64,000 nucleotides of DNA from Nitrospirota bacterium (GTDB lineage: Bacteria > Nitrospirota > UBA9217). Position numbers and translations under genes: made by a program. The notes under the pieces are model-generated. The model was given only the letters and a program-made list of their open reading frames with translations. It did not search any database and was not told where the DNA came from. Below are positions 42,647 to 54,400 of the stretch, piece by piece. The DNA lies in assembly GCA_963751455.1 (NCBI GenBank), contig CAVVUN010000015.1, positions 1,344,001 through 1,408,000 on the forward strand, written 5' to 3'. Position 1 is the first letter of the stretch. Each line of letters begins with the position of its first letter.

Positions 42647-44130
42647 AAAAGAAAACAAAGCCATCACTAGCCAAAGCGAACAGGCCGCTCGCCCGAGAGT
42701 GGCACCCGACAAAAAACACGCCGCTCACGCCCAGGGACGTAACGCCGGGCTCCAGCAAGAAAGTATGGTGGCTGTGCAAAAAAGGCCATGAATGGGAAAC
42801 CTACGTAAAATGCCGAAGTAAAGGCTATGGATGTCCCTATTGTTCAGGACGATATCCAACAGACAGTAACAACCTTGAAGCTGTAAATCCCCAGCTTGCA
42901 AAGCAGTGGCACCCGATAAAAAACGCTCCACTGACACCAAGGGATGTAAAATCCTGTTCTAGAAAAAAGGTCTGGTGGAAATGCAGCAAAGGCCATGAGT
43001 GGGAGGCCGTTATCTCCGACAGAGGTCGGAACGGCTGTCCTTACTGTTCAGGGCGCCGGGTCTCTAAAGATAATTGCCTTCAGGTCGTCAAGCCACGGCT
43101 TGCCCGGGAATGGCATCCGGTAAAAAATGCTCCCCTAACGCCGAAGACCGTAACGACCAGTTATTTCAGGAAGGTCTGGTGGATATGCCGAAAAGGCCAT
43201 GAGTGGGAAATGACCATATACAACAGGAGTGAAGGCCAGGGCTGTCCTTATTGCTCAGGGCGTAGGGTATGTAAAGAGAATTGCCTTCAAACGATAAACC
43301 CGCTGCTCGCCCGCGAATGGCATCCGACCCGGAACATACCATTGACGCCAAGGGATGTAACACACGGGTCAGCAAAAAAAGTATGGTGGATGTGCGAGAA
43401 ACACCACGAATGGGAAGCAGAAATAGCGAGCAGAAACAGCGGAGTCGGCTGTCCTTATTGCTCAGGCCGAGCGGCGGCCGAAGACAACTGCCTTCAGACC
43501 ATAAATCCGAAACTTGCCTGCGAGTGGCATCCAACCAGGAACAGGCCGTTGACGCCAAAGAACGTAACCGCTTTTTCCAATCGACAAGTGTGGTGGAAGT
43601 GCCCTAAAGGTCATCAATGGGAGGCTGTGATAGGTGAGAGAAGTAGAAGCCGGGCCGAGTGTCCCTACTGTTCAAGGCAGCGGGCGAGCAAAGAATATTG
43701 TCTTCAGAGCATAAATCCCGGACTTGCGCGGGAATGGCATACAACGAAGAACGGTTTGTTAACTCCGAACGATGTAACTCCTTTCTCAGCCAAGAAAGTA
43801 TGGTGGAAGTGCAGAAGGGGTCATGAATGGAAAGCCGTTATTAACAATAGAAACCGGGAAAGCCTCGGATGCCCTTACTGCTCGGGGTACCGGGCTACGA
43901 AAGAAACCTGTTTACAGACGGTTAGCCCGCGGCTCGCCAAAGAGTGGCACCCAACAAAGAACGCCGCGTTGACTCCGAAAGAAATTGCTCCTTTTTCTTC
44001 GCGACTGGTGTGGTGGAAGTGCAGGAAGGGACACGAAGCGCAGGAACGAGTCATCGATAGATATAAACGAGGAGGCTGCCCTGTATGTACACTGAAGGCC
44101 AAAGTGCCCTGGTTGTTTGAGGCAACGTAG
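42643..44130 (+). CDS. Zinc-ribbon (treble-clef, DUF4379-like) repeat protein, 7 repeats
   Basis: Seven LAxEWHPxKN...VWWxCxxGHEW...GCPYC units; ATG overlaps the upstream TGA. Confidence 0.9.
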   Translation: MKKKTKPSLAKANRPLAREWHPTKNTPLTPRDVTPGSSKKVWWLCKKGHEWETYVKCRSKGYGCPYCSGRYPTDSNNLEAVNPQLAKQWHPIKNAPLTPRDVKSCSRKKVWWKCSKGHEWEAVISDRGRNGCPYCSGRRVSKDNCLQVVKPRLAREWHPVKNAPLTPKTVTTSYFRKVWWICRKGHEWEMTIYNRSEGQGCPYCSGRRVCKENCLQTINPLLAREWHPTRNIPLTPRDVTHGSAKKVWWMCEKHHEWEAEIASRNSGVGCPYCSGRAAAEDNCLQTINPKLACEWHPTRNRPLTPKNVTAFSNRQVWWKCPKGHQWEAVIGERSRSRAECPYCSRQRASKEYCLQSINPGLAREWHTTKNGLLTPNDVTPFSAKKVWWKCRRGHEWKAVINNRNRESLGCPYCSGYRATKETCLQTVSPRLAKEWHPTKNAALTPKEIAPFSSRLVWWKCRKGHEAQERVIDRYKRGGCPVCTLKAKVPWLFEAT

Positions 44131-44548
44131 GATTTGTCATGGTGACGGACCGGCTGGCTGGGAATTAGAGTCATAGCGAAATTGCAAAATGCTGCAAAAG
44201 ATGGCGCTAAAGTTCAAATTTTACGTTGACATTTAACACAACTTTTATAATAATGCTTTTGCAACTAATGGTTGTGTATGGCTGATTGGAAGAGCCAAAG
44301 CTGCAAATTCATAAGACCTCAATTTTCGATTACATACCCCATGCGGGGTATTTGGGGTAGTCAAAGATTTCTCATTGACGACATGCGCCCTTTATGCTAC
44401 AAAAGTATTCATAAACAAAACCCTTCCTAAATTCACTCACTGGTCGAACGAATTGTTGTTTGGCCGGATAAATAGCATTTCTGTTTTTGCTTCAAAGTAA
44501 CCTCGCTTTCAGATACTGCTTTAAAACCTGAATAAACGGAGAGATGCC

Positions 44549-47500
44549 ATGTGTGTGAAGACGTTTTATCGGTTTTTGCGACCCATAACGTATTTCGTAT
44601 TATTCTTTTTTTGCTGGTCTTATATGGAATTGTTCATGATTCCTACCGCGATCGCCGCTCAACAGAAGACAGAGGCCGGAACACAGACAATAGAGGATAG
44701 CCGCAGACTTCAGTCTGTGGAAGGGCAAAAGCCGGAAGAACGGTTCGAGCGGCTGCTGGATGATATCCGCGAGACGGTCGGCAAAGCTGGGGATAAAGCC
44801 GCGAAAGGCGAAAATGCCTCCTTGGAACTTGAGATGATAAAAAGCAGAAAGGCAGAAATCGCAAATCTCCGGGATGAACTGAACAAAGAATTCGATGCTA
44901 CAGCCAAGCGTCTCAGGGACGGGAAGCTACCGAGCGTCATCATTTCCCGTCACGAAAAATTCGTGGAGAGTTTTGAGCGCAATTACAAGGAACTGCAGGA
45001 TGCGCTGAATTCAGTACAGCAGGCTAAAACAAAGAACGAGAAGCAGCAGGCTTACCAGAAGGCAAGGGCGTTCCTCGAATCGGTCAGGCCCAAAAGTCGC
45101 CATCAAAAGCTCGATCCTGAAAACATGCCGTTCAAGGCAAGGAAGGCCGCGAAGTGGCGCGAGCCGCGACTTAAAAAAGAAGAGTTCAAAGAATTTGGGA
45201 CGCAGAAAAATAAGAACACTCTGCGAACTGCTTTAATTGGCCACAAAGATGCACAAAAAGCACAAGAGGTTAGTGGTGGAGATATTTACTCTGAACTAAG
45301 CCTGTCCTCGAATGTTCCTGTCGGGGCAACTCTGAACTCTCGGCTGAAGGCCTCACCGATTTTACTTGCATACAACGACATTGCCAGCGACGCTCCGTTC
45401 ACACTCCCTCGACCCATCGTGGGAGAGGGTGGGGGTGAGGGGGCCATTCCGCAAATCGCCTTCTCCGACCCAATTTTGAATATTGAATCCGGCATGTTGA
45501 ATTTGGCGCAAGCCGTAGACGCGCCAGCTGCTGCCGATCTTGCCGAAAATGGAATAGACGTTCAGTTCGCAGACGCGATAAAAGTCAAGGCGCAAGAACT
45601 TGGGTACTCCCCGGTCAAAATTTATGAATGGGTCAGAAACAACATTGAATATATTCCCACCTACGGCTCAATCCAGGGCGCAGATATGTGTCTCCAGACG
45701 AAGCAGTGTAACGACTTCGATACCGCAAGTCTGCTTATTGCGCTTCTCAGAGTATCAGGAATACCGGCACGGTATGTATATGGCACTGTTGAAATATCGA
45801 TTGACAAAATCAAGAACTGGACAGGTGGATTTAGCGATTCCACGGCAGCATTGACGTTGATGGCTTCCGGCGGGATTCCCGTTGCCGCAGGCATGTCAGG
45901 AGGAGCAATTACCAAAGCCAGATTCGAGCATACATGGGTAGAAACGTACATACCCTACGGCAACTACCGGGGCAGCATGCGAGACGACAGTTTGAGAACC
46001 TGGATTCCCATGGACGGGAGTTACAAAGAATTCACATACACGAACGGTTTCGACGTCACGGGAGCTGTGCCGTTCAACCAAGACGAATATCTTAGCCAGG
46101 TACAGAGCCAGAATGCAGTCCATTACTATCAGAGCAAAATACAGGCATATCTCGACGTCAACATGCCGGACAAATCTATCATAGACGTCAAAGGCTACCG
46201 GGAGATCAAGCAGGAAAAGTATCCGTTCCTTCCTTCAACGTTGTCATACAAGGTCATGACACTGGGAGGTAAATTTTCGAGCATTCCGGCGAATATGCAG
46301 GCAACGGCAACATTCACTCTGTCTAATCCGTCCACCGGTTCAAATATTTCATACATGGCATCTTTGCCTGAACTCGCCGGGAAGAGAATAACCGTTTCGT
46401 ACATCCCCGCCACCCCCGATGACGAGGCCCTGATAGCGAAATACGGAGGTTTCCTCTACGATGTGCCTGCGTATATGCTGAACCTTAGAGCCATACTCCG
46501 CGTCGAGGGCGTCATCAAACTCACGAGTGACGTAACCACGCTCGGTTCTGAGCAGGGCCTGACCATGCAGTTCAGTCAGCCGAACGGGAACAGTGAAACC
46601 GTGAACAAGATGCTGATTGCCGGCGCATACTACGCTGTTGGACTGGATACTCAAGGAATAAATGAAAACGTGCTCGGCAAGCGGAATTATCAATTAAATA
46701 CAAACGTCCTGACACAAACCGCAGGAACACTAGGTAACGATGATCTTATCGGAGAATATCTCTATATTCGTGCGATAACATATTTTCTCGCGAACAACAA
46801 ACTATACAAAGGGGCAGCAAAGCTTTATAACACTGCAATGATGAGGGCGATTTCGGAAGGAATAACGTCAACGCCTCTCAAGGTTTCATACGTGTTTTCA
46901 ATTCCGAAAACTGCTACTCCTTCAGGAGTCGAGATAGACGTCGCCATGGACCGGATTGTCGCTGTTGCGAAAGACGGCAACGTTAACAAAGAAAAAGCAT
47001 TTATGAATATATCAGGTTTGGTTAGTTCCTACGACGAGCATGATGTATTTGAAAAATTAGACGAGTTTCCTTCGGTTTCTGCGGTACGGGCACTACAAAT
47101 CGCCGCGACAAATGGTATCTCGATTTATACAATAAACTCAGCGAATATTGCACAGGTTTTGCCAACAATCCAGGTCGATCAAGAAGTTAGAAAGGATATT
47201 CAAAATGCAGTAAATGCCGGCAAGGAAGTGACAATATCTCAAACGAATGTCCGGATCGGCGATTGGCTTGGTGTCGGATATATAGTAAAAGATCCAATAA
47301 GCGGCTCCGGAGCCTATCGAATAAGCGGCGGGCTGGGCGGAGCACTTAGCACAGCGGTTTTTGTCGGAGTTGCAATAGTGGCGTTATATAAAGGGCCGTA
47401 TGGGTGGATAAAAGACCAGCTTGATCCACAGACAAGACGCAATATTGTAACAGCAGCGGAGCTTGAGGTTGGAAATATGATTATAGGGATCACAGAACAA

Positions 47501-48022
47501 ATTGTCGATATGAGTTATGATACGGTAGATTGCTCACATTTAGTGAGAATTGCATATTGGGCGGCAGGTATTTGCTTAGATGACGGAGTAGGTAGCGATT
47601 GTACCAGAAATAACCTCGTAAGAAAACATCATGTTCCTGGAACAGGTGGAGCTTCATATTTTTTCAATTTGGCCGACCATATAAAATTTAATAATAGCAT
47701 TAGACAGTCCAATGACCCTTTAATTGGCGATATGGTTTTCTTTAGATATGGTACAAGAATAGGTCATGTAGGGATTGTGATTTCTGTCCCTAATGACAGA
47801 GGCACGATACAGATAATTGATTCGACTGGCAGTCGAGGCGTGGATTATAGAAAGATGAATATTAATCTCATTAATTGTGACGAAAACTGGCCACCATTAA
47901 CGAGAAGAACTTCAACTGACCCGCCTGCGCCAACTTGTTGTACATCCTGTACCGCTGGAAATCTATTTTCTGGATTTGGTACAGTCCGGGATGTTCCCTG
48001 TGATGATATCTCTCATCAGTGA
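44549..48022 (+). CDS. Transglutaminase-like carrier 3 with NlpC/P60-like C-terminus
   Basis: Paralogous core; junction GSGAYRISGGLGG; VDCSHLV, GDMVFF, GHVGIV. Confidence 0.8.
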   Translation: MCVKTFYRFLRPITYFVLFFFCWSYMELFMIPTAIAAQQKTEAGTQTIEDSRRLQSVEGQKPEERFERLLDDIRETVGKAGDKAAKGENASLELEMIKSRKAEIANLRDELNKEFDATAKRLRDGKLPSVIISRHEKFVESFERNYKELQDALNSVQQAKTKNEKQQAYQKARAFLESVRPKSRHQKLDPENMPFKARKAAKWREPRLKKEEFKEFGTQKNKNTLRTALIGHKDAQKAQEVSGGDIYSELSLSSNVPVGATLNSRLKASPILLAYNDIASDAPFTLPRPIVGEGGGEGAIPQIAFSDPILNIESGMLNLAQAVDAPAAADLAENGIDVQFADAIKVKAQELGYSPVKIYEWVRNNIEYIPTYGSIQGADMCLQTKQCNDFDTASLLIALLRVSGIPARYVYGTVEISIDKIKNWTGGFSDSTAALTLMASGGIPVAAGMSGGAITKARFEHTWVETYIPYGNYRGSMRDDSLRTWIPMDGSYKEFTYTNGFDVTGAVPFNQDEYLSQVQSQNAVHYYQSKIQAYLDVNMPDKSIIDVKGYREIKQEKYPFLPSTLSYKVMTLGGKFSSIPANMQATATFTLSNPSTGSNISYMASLPELAGKRITVSYIPATPDDEALIAKYGGFLYDVPAYMLNLRAILRVEGVIKLTSDVTTLGSEQGLTMQFSQPNGNSETVNKMLIAGAYYAVGLDTQGINENVLGKRNYQLNTNVLTQTAGTLGNDDLIGEYLYIRAITYFLANNKLYKGAAKLYNTAMMRAISEGITSTPLKVSYVFSIPKTATPSGVEIDVAMDRIVAVAKDGNVNKEKAFMNISGLVSSYDEHDVFEKLDEFPSVSAVRALQIAATNGISIYTINSANIAQVLPTIQVDQEVRKDIQNAVNAGKEVTISQTNVRIGDWLGVGYIVKDPISGSGAYRISGGLGGALSTAVFVGVAIVALYKGPYGWIKDQLDPQTRRNIVTAAELEVGNMIIGITEQIVDMSYDTVDCSHLVRIAYWAAGICLDDGVGSDCTRNNLVRKHHVPGTGGASYFFNLADHIKFNNSIRQSNDPLIGDMVFFRYGTRIGHVGIVISVPNDRGTIQIIDSTGSRGVDYRKMNINLINCDENWPPLTRRTSTDPPAPTCCTSCTAGNLFSGFGTVRDVPCDDISHQ

Positions 48023-48087
48023 TAATAATCTGCCAAACTGATGATGTTTCAGATAAAGAGATGTAGAGATGATTATTGGAGGAGACC

Positions 48088-49044
48088 ATGAAGAAATGTA
48101 ATGCAATTTGGATTCACCTATTAGTTATAGTTGTATTCGGAGTGCATACGTTTGCGAATGATGTAAATGCCGAAGCGAAAATTGTCATAAATGCCTCTAT
48201 CGGTGCATCTGATGGACAGTTTGGATATAAGGTATTCGAAGATGGTTCGTGGGTTGAACCATCCGCTATAGCAATAGATTCAAAAGGAAACATCTATGTT
48301 GCTGATCCTGTAAACAATCGTGTCCAGAAATTCAGCAAAGATGGCAAATTTATATTTAAGATTCAAATTAATGTTCCCGCTAAGCGCTATGCGGAAATTA
48401 TAAATGATATAACGGTTGATAAAGATGATAACTTGTATGTCTTAAGCCGACATGAGAAAGCAATATTCATATATGCTCAAAAGGGCAACCTTGTAAAGTC
48501 AATAAATTATGAAACGTCAATTGTAGTCGATAAAATTGCTTTTGTTGATGAAAATTATATTTATTTATATCATCACGTCAGCGAGAAGTTAATTAAACTA
48601 AACAAAATAGGGGGCTTGGATAATAAATGGGATGCAGTAACTGCATACTTTAACGTAGATGGGGATTTATATATCTCCGGCAATAAGGGTGATTGGAGAA
48701 AATATGATAAGAATGGAAAATTAATCGGCTTAACCTCTTGTGAAAAAGAAAATATCAAGGTGTATTTCCCGGTTTCAGAAGGTAGCGGATGTCAGTTTCC
48801 GCCACAATTTATAGATCGAGACGGGAAACGATATTATTTAAAAATTGAATTGCATCCCAAGAAGTTGACATCTGTTTTGATTTTTGATCGTGCAAGTAAA
48901 TTTATAAAAAAAATTACTTTGCCTTTTGCTGCTGAATTATATTCAAAATCTAATTTAGTTAAATTTGGTAATGATGGCAACTTTTATTCCGTGTATGGTC
49001 ATCCTCAAAGTGAATTTCAGCTCATGCGAATTGATTTAATTTAA
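48088..49044 (+). CDS. Secreted NHL-repeat protein (candidate immunity 3)
   Basis: Signal peptide; PSAIAIDSKGNIYVADPVNNRVQKF; AT-rich. Confidence 0.75.
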   Translation: MKKCNAIWIHLLVIVVFGVHTFANDVNAEAKIVINASIGASDGQFGYKVFEDGSWVEPSAIAIDSKGNIYVADPVNNRVQKFSKDGKFIFKIQINVPAKRYAEIINDITVDKDDNLYVLSRHEKAIFIYAQKGNLVKSINYETSIVVDKIAFVDENYIYLYHHVSEKLIKLNKIGGLDNKWDAVTAYFNVDGDLYISGNKGDWRKYDKNGKLIGLTSCEKENIKVYFPVSEGSGCQFPPQFIDRDGKRYYLKIELHPKKLTSVLIFDRASKFIKKITLPFAAELYSKSNLVKFGNDGNFYSVYGHPQSEFQLMRIDLI

Positions 49045-49063
49045 ATTAATGTCTTGGAGCTTA

Positions 49064-50171
49064 ATCGCCGTTGCCAAAGACGGCGATGTAGGCAAAGAAA
49101 TACATGCAGCTAGCAGGACTTGTAAGTTCATACGATGAGCATGATATCTTTGAAAGGTTAGATGAATTTCCTTCGGTTTCAGCAGTAAGGGCATTGCAGG
49201 TTGCCGCGACGAACGGTATTCCAATCTATACAATAAATTCAACAAATATCTCGCAGCTATTACCAACGCTTCAGGTAGATACCGAAATAAAACAGGAAAT
49301 TTCTAACGCAGTAAATGCTGGAAAAGAAGTAATGATATCCAAGACAAATATTTCGATAGAGGACTTTGTCGGGGTAGGCTATATCATTAAAGACCCGATC
49401 ACTGGTTCTGGCGCTTATCTAATTAGCGGTGGCTTGGGCGGTGTGCTCAGTGCAGCTATCTTCGTTGGCGTAGCCATTGTTGCCTTATATAAAGGTCCCT
49501 ATGGCTGGATTAAAGACCGGCTCGATCCGCAAACGAGAAGGACTATTGCTACAGCTGCAATATTGGAATCATTCGAATATGCCCCAAACGAGGGTGAAAT
49601 TCAAAACGCAATTGCTGGCAGTATCACTTATTGCGCATCCTATTCGGGCATCGGTCAGTGTTCAGGACTGCTATATAAAGCTTACGCAGCAGCCGGAATA
49701 TATCTATTTGGGGCAGTATTGCAAAAAGAAGGTGGCAACTATAAAGATGGTTTAGATATTATATGGGGCATCCCGCAGTCAGGCAGATATCAAACTGAAA
49801 TTGCGTTTGACTTGGTAAATGCTCAGAAGGTCTATAAGGACGCCGGAGTAAGAACTACGAACGACCCGTTGAAGGGAGACATCATTTTCTTCAAAAATAC
49901 CTATACTCGTGACAAAACGAAAGACATTTCACAGCAGGGGATTACGCATGTAGGAATTGTTCTGGAAGGACCGGACTCTAATGGAAACATTACGTTTGCA
50001 CAAGCATCATCAAGTGCAGGGGTAGTGACAGATAGCATTCTCAATATTATAAACCCTTCCGCCAGCACTTTTATTAGATCGACACCGACGCCAGCTACTG
50101 CATCCCAACTTTTTGCCGGTTTTGGAACGGTCCGAAATGTTCTTCCTAATTTACTGGCAGCAGGGAACTAA
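49064..50171 (+). pseudogene. Orphan carrier C-terminal module with NlpC/P60-like domain
   Basis: Homologous to carrier 3 from IVAVAKDG onward; no signal peptide or core; GQCSGLL, GDIIFF, THVGIV. Confidence 0.75.
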
Positions 50172-50230
50172 TGAAAGCGAAACGTCAAAATATTATATGA
50201 AGCTAACAGGAGCATCAAGATGCAAGAAAT

Positions 50231-50490
50231 ATGCGTCTGTTTACGATCTGTTTGCTAATCTTACTTGTGCCACTTGCAGGATGGACACAAGAGAAGGAAA
50301 AGAGAATTCGACTTAAAGAAGAAGTTGTCGTCAAAATTAAATATGGCAATAAGGACGGTGAATTCGGCCGTAAGGACCTGGAACAGGATGGCTCTATTAC
50401 GACAGAGGCATTTGCTTTGATACGGATAATAATATTTATATTGAAGATTCCGTTCATGAATCTCCAAGGGTCAAGGTGTTCAATTCCAGT
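50231..50490 (+). pseudogene. Truncated, frameshifted NHL-type immunity-like gene
   Basis: Signal peptide, GNKDGEFG; shifted frame reads DTDNNIYIEDSVHESPRVKVF, like the start of 48088-49044. Confidence 0.6.
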
Positions 50491-50620
50491 TTTTGAGAAA
50501 TATATTTTTTTTTAAATCCGAACGTCCGTATTCGTTTATAGTCATAGATATTGCAGTTAGGGATGGACTTTAATGGGCAAGCCCCTTAGGGCAATAAATT
50601 ATTATTAATCAGGAGGGACA

Positions 50621-51097
50621 ATGCGATTCAAGTCATTTTTTGTGACATCGTCGGTTGTAGCTTTTGTAATTGCTGCTCTATTATCTTTCCAGGCTAGCGG
50701 TGCTCCCAAATCGCGTATTGAAATACGTTGGAAGAAGGACATATCCCTTTCAGGGACTTATTTTTTATCCTCCCTAGTTAATCGCAAGGCTAGAACCTTC
50801 GGTTGGACCGAAGCAATCTGGGAGTCCCCCCCTGTTTTTGCAGGATTCGAGATTGTACGCCGAGGACCGAAATACTTTTTTGCTGGCGGAAATCTCCATG
50901 AAGAAGTTGTGTGGTTCCAAATTGTTGGAAATACACTGGAGGGAAATCCATGTGATCCACGCGGTAATTTCTGTATCTCTCGGATTCAGATAATCGATAA
51001 AGACACTTTTACCATTTGTATAAACGATAAAGAAGAAAATACATATTACAGAGTCGACGGAATGACTCAAATATATCCTAAAGAAGAGAAACCCTAA
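50621..51097 (+). CDS. Secreted hypothetical protein
   Basis: RBS aggaggg, signal peptide, Cys pair. Confidence 0.7.
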   Translation: MRFKSFFVTSSVVAFVIAALLSFQASGAPKSRIEIRWKKDISLSGTYFLSSLVNRKARTFGWTEAIWESPPVFAGFEIVRRGPKYFFAGGNLHEEVVWFQIVGNTLEGNPCDPRGNFCISRIQIIDKDTFTICINDKEENTYYRVDGMTQIYPKEEKP

Positions 51098-51464
51098 TGG
51101 TTCGCCCGGTGATGAAATCCATCTGATCGGGAAAAGATTAATGGAAGGCTGAGATAGTTCTAACCGTTCGGCTCGTTGCGCCAAGATAAATCCGAAACAG
51201 AGGGGAGGTAATCTAGGAAATCTGTTATTGTCTGCTGCCCACGCTGCGTTACTATGCTTGCTCTCTGGTTTCGCTCGTGTCATAAAATATTTAAAGCAAG
51301 AATCAGTTCTTTTGGGGACCGAACTTTATGGTGATGAAACAGGTGAATATTACCAGGTGGATAAGAACGGGAATATATATACGATCAATGGCGATTTAAT
51401 AAAAAAGCGCAGAGTATCCTTATCCGATAAGCCAATGCATAATCTCAGAAGAGGCGGTGCGATT

Positions 51465-54400
51465 ATGAGAAGAGCGTTAATTATTGCTGTTATCCTGGCG
51501 TGTTTATTACAGGCATTTCCTTGCAGGGCTCATAGCGCATCAATATCGAGCGGCGCCGAATGGTTAATGTCTACTCAAAACGCTGATGGCAGTTGGGGCT
51601 CGGAAGATTTTACTCTGATCAATACATCATTAACGCTAGATGCTCTCACAGCAACCGGGAATACCGGAACAAATTTTACCGAGGGACTAAACTGGCTGAC
51701 CCTACAAACTGATATACCGACGACAGATGAATTAGCTCGGAAAATAATCACTGCGGCTAAGGCTGTCATCGATGTCAGTGAATTGATAGATAATCTCGTT
51801 GGTTACAGAAATTCTGACGGGGGATGGGGCGCAAAGATCGGCTCATTCAGTGATCCTGAAACTACCGCCCTCGCCCTCAAAGCCCTTCATGCCGCAAATT
51901 ATTCCGATACGACAGTCATCGGGCAGTCTTTGAACTACCTCACCAAAAATCAAAATTCGGACGGCGGGTGGGGATTCAGGTCAGCGAGTGAAGGACTGCT
52001 GGCGGACGAAAGCAATGCATATGTAACCGCGTTAGTGCTTCGGGCTTTGTCTTCATACAATTCCGTATTCATTAATCAGGAAGCAATTAATAACGCTTCG
52101 GCATATCTTCTCATGAAACAGAACACTGATGACGGCTTCGGTAGCTCTCCCTCAACAATTTATGAAACCGCGTTGTCGGTTATGTCTTTGATCGAAAGTG
52201 GAAAGAGCAGTTCAGAAACGATTATCAACGGAATTAATTACCTTACATCCATGCAATCACCAAATGGCTCATGGAATGATGATCCATATTCTACCGCTCT
52301 TGCTCTTCAGGCGTTGGCTGCAGCGAGGCCGAATCTCACTGTCTCCTCGATTTCGCTTTCGAATCCAATGCCGCAGGAGAATGTAGAAACAGCTATTACT
52401 GCTACGATAAAAAATGCTGGATATGAAGATGCTTCTAACGTTGCCGTTCGTTTCTATCTTGGCGATCCTTCGATAAACTCAGGACAGGTCCCTTCGACAG
52501 GTGGTATTCAAGTCGGTGCTGATCAAATTATTCCGTCTCTTACTCCGAACTCCTCAACTCCCGTCTCTATAACTGCTTCATTCACCGGCACCGGCGGCAA
52601 GACTATCTTCGTTGTCGTTGATCCTGATAATACAATATCCGAAACATCCGAAACCGACAATAAATCCTCCACCCGCGTTTGGGTGGCAACGTGTCCTGAT
52701 TTGGCGGTTTATTCTGAGGACCTGAAACCTTCAACCTATGTCCCCGTTTCGGGAACTGCGTTTACCATGGAATATAAAATTCGTAATCTCGGTGAGAGTG
52801 CTACCGGCGCATTTACAGTCAGCCTCTACGACGGTGATCCTTCACAGGCTGGCGTCCTTTTGCAGAGTGTCAATATCTCCGGCCTTATGGGGACGGAGGT
52901 AAGAACGGGAACGGTGGGCGTTACATTAACCGGGAATGGTTCGCATACCCTTTATCTGGTCGCTGATAAAGATAGCGCGGTCACCGAATTATCCGAGACG
53001 AACAACACCGGCTCGGTTACTGTTCAGGTTGGAGGCACACAGAAGTTTGCGGATCTTGTGGCAGGAATGATACAGATTACGCCGGCACGGCCGAACGTGG
53101 ATGAGACGGTGCAGATAACAGTGCCGGTCAGAAACAAAGGATCAGAAGCGGCGTCGTTCTTTACGGTAGAGATATTCGACGGCCTCCCGGATGCCGGAGG
53201 CACGCTGATTCACTCACAAACGATTTCTCTTGCGTCTGGCGCTGAACAGATCATTTCAGCGAATTGGACAATCGCGTCAGGTATTCACGAGCTCTATCTG
53301 ATCGTGGACCGCTCCAACCAGATCAGCGAGACAAACGAAACGAACAATCAGGCGTCTGTCAAAATCATGCCCGATATGGTGGATATCTCTCTCTCCGCTA
53401 CTGATCTGACATTTATACCTGAGCACCCGGTTAATGGCGATACGGTTCTCCTTTCAGTTAAGGTGAACAACGCCGGGATCAAGGAGACCGGAGCATTCAA
53501 CTTTGCACTCTATGATGGAGATCCGGCGGCAGGAGGCACACTTTTGCAGACCTTCTCCATCGCGAACATTGCCGGTGACGCAAGCACGACTGTAACCTAC
53601 AATTTCACCGCTGTTCCCTGGACCTATCGGTTCTATGCTATTGCCGACACGGAGAACACCGTCACCGAACTCTACGAGGCAAATAATCTCGCCATCCGTT
53701 CACTAAAGATCAAAGCCCCCGGAGAAATTCTCGGTCCTGATCTTGTGCCCACCAAAATCGATCTTTTGTCCATGACCACCGACACCCAGACCCTGTCAAC
53801 AGGCGACAGCGCAAAAATCACGTTCCAGAACAAGGGCGATGACAAGATCGCCAGTTCCTTCAGCGTCTTGGTATTCGACGATATCGACATGAACGGGGCC
53901 TACACGCCCGGTATGGACAACATTCTCAGTACCGGCACCAGTACAATCCCAATCTGGCCTGAAGGCGTGGGCATGGTAAGCATGACGCTTTCCGGGTCAG
54001 TGAAGTTCCTGAATACGCCGCTTTATGCCATGATAGACGCGGACGACACGATCCACGAACAGGACGAGACGAACAATATCCTTTCCTCGTGCAAGGATTG
54101 CCAAGTTGTGCCAACGAACCCATTGCAGCCGACGGTGAAGTGGAAGTGGTGGGGCCCGTACGATGAGTATTTCTATACGCCACCCTCAATTATGAACCTG
54201 AGGGACACGAACAGCGATAGTAAAATTGATCAAAACGACACTCCGGATATTATCATAAACGCCGGCGCGCGGACTGGCAATAGCATTTATGGAACCATTC
54301 GGGCGTTTAAAGGCAATATGGGCGAAAATTACATGAACCTCAAGGATGCAAACAACCGGCCAAGCGCTTATTCTTATACTGCAGCCGGTGATATCGACAG

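Noticed and set aside
27030-48022. Rhs, CDI or T6SS effectors
   Set aside because: No YD/RHS repeats, FHA repeats, VENN, PAAR or VgrG sequence seen.
51228-51464. 79-aa N-terminal extension of the giant protein
   Set aside because: ATG 51465 gives a signal peptide matching the paralog; upstream sequence looks like a gene remnant in frame by chance.
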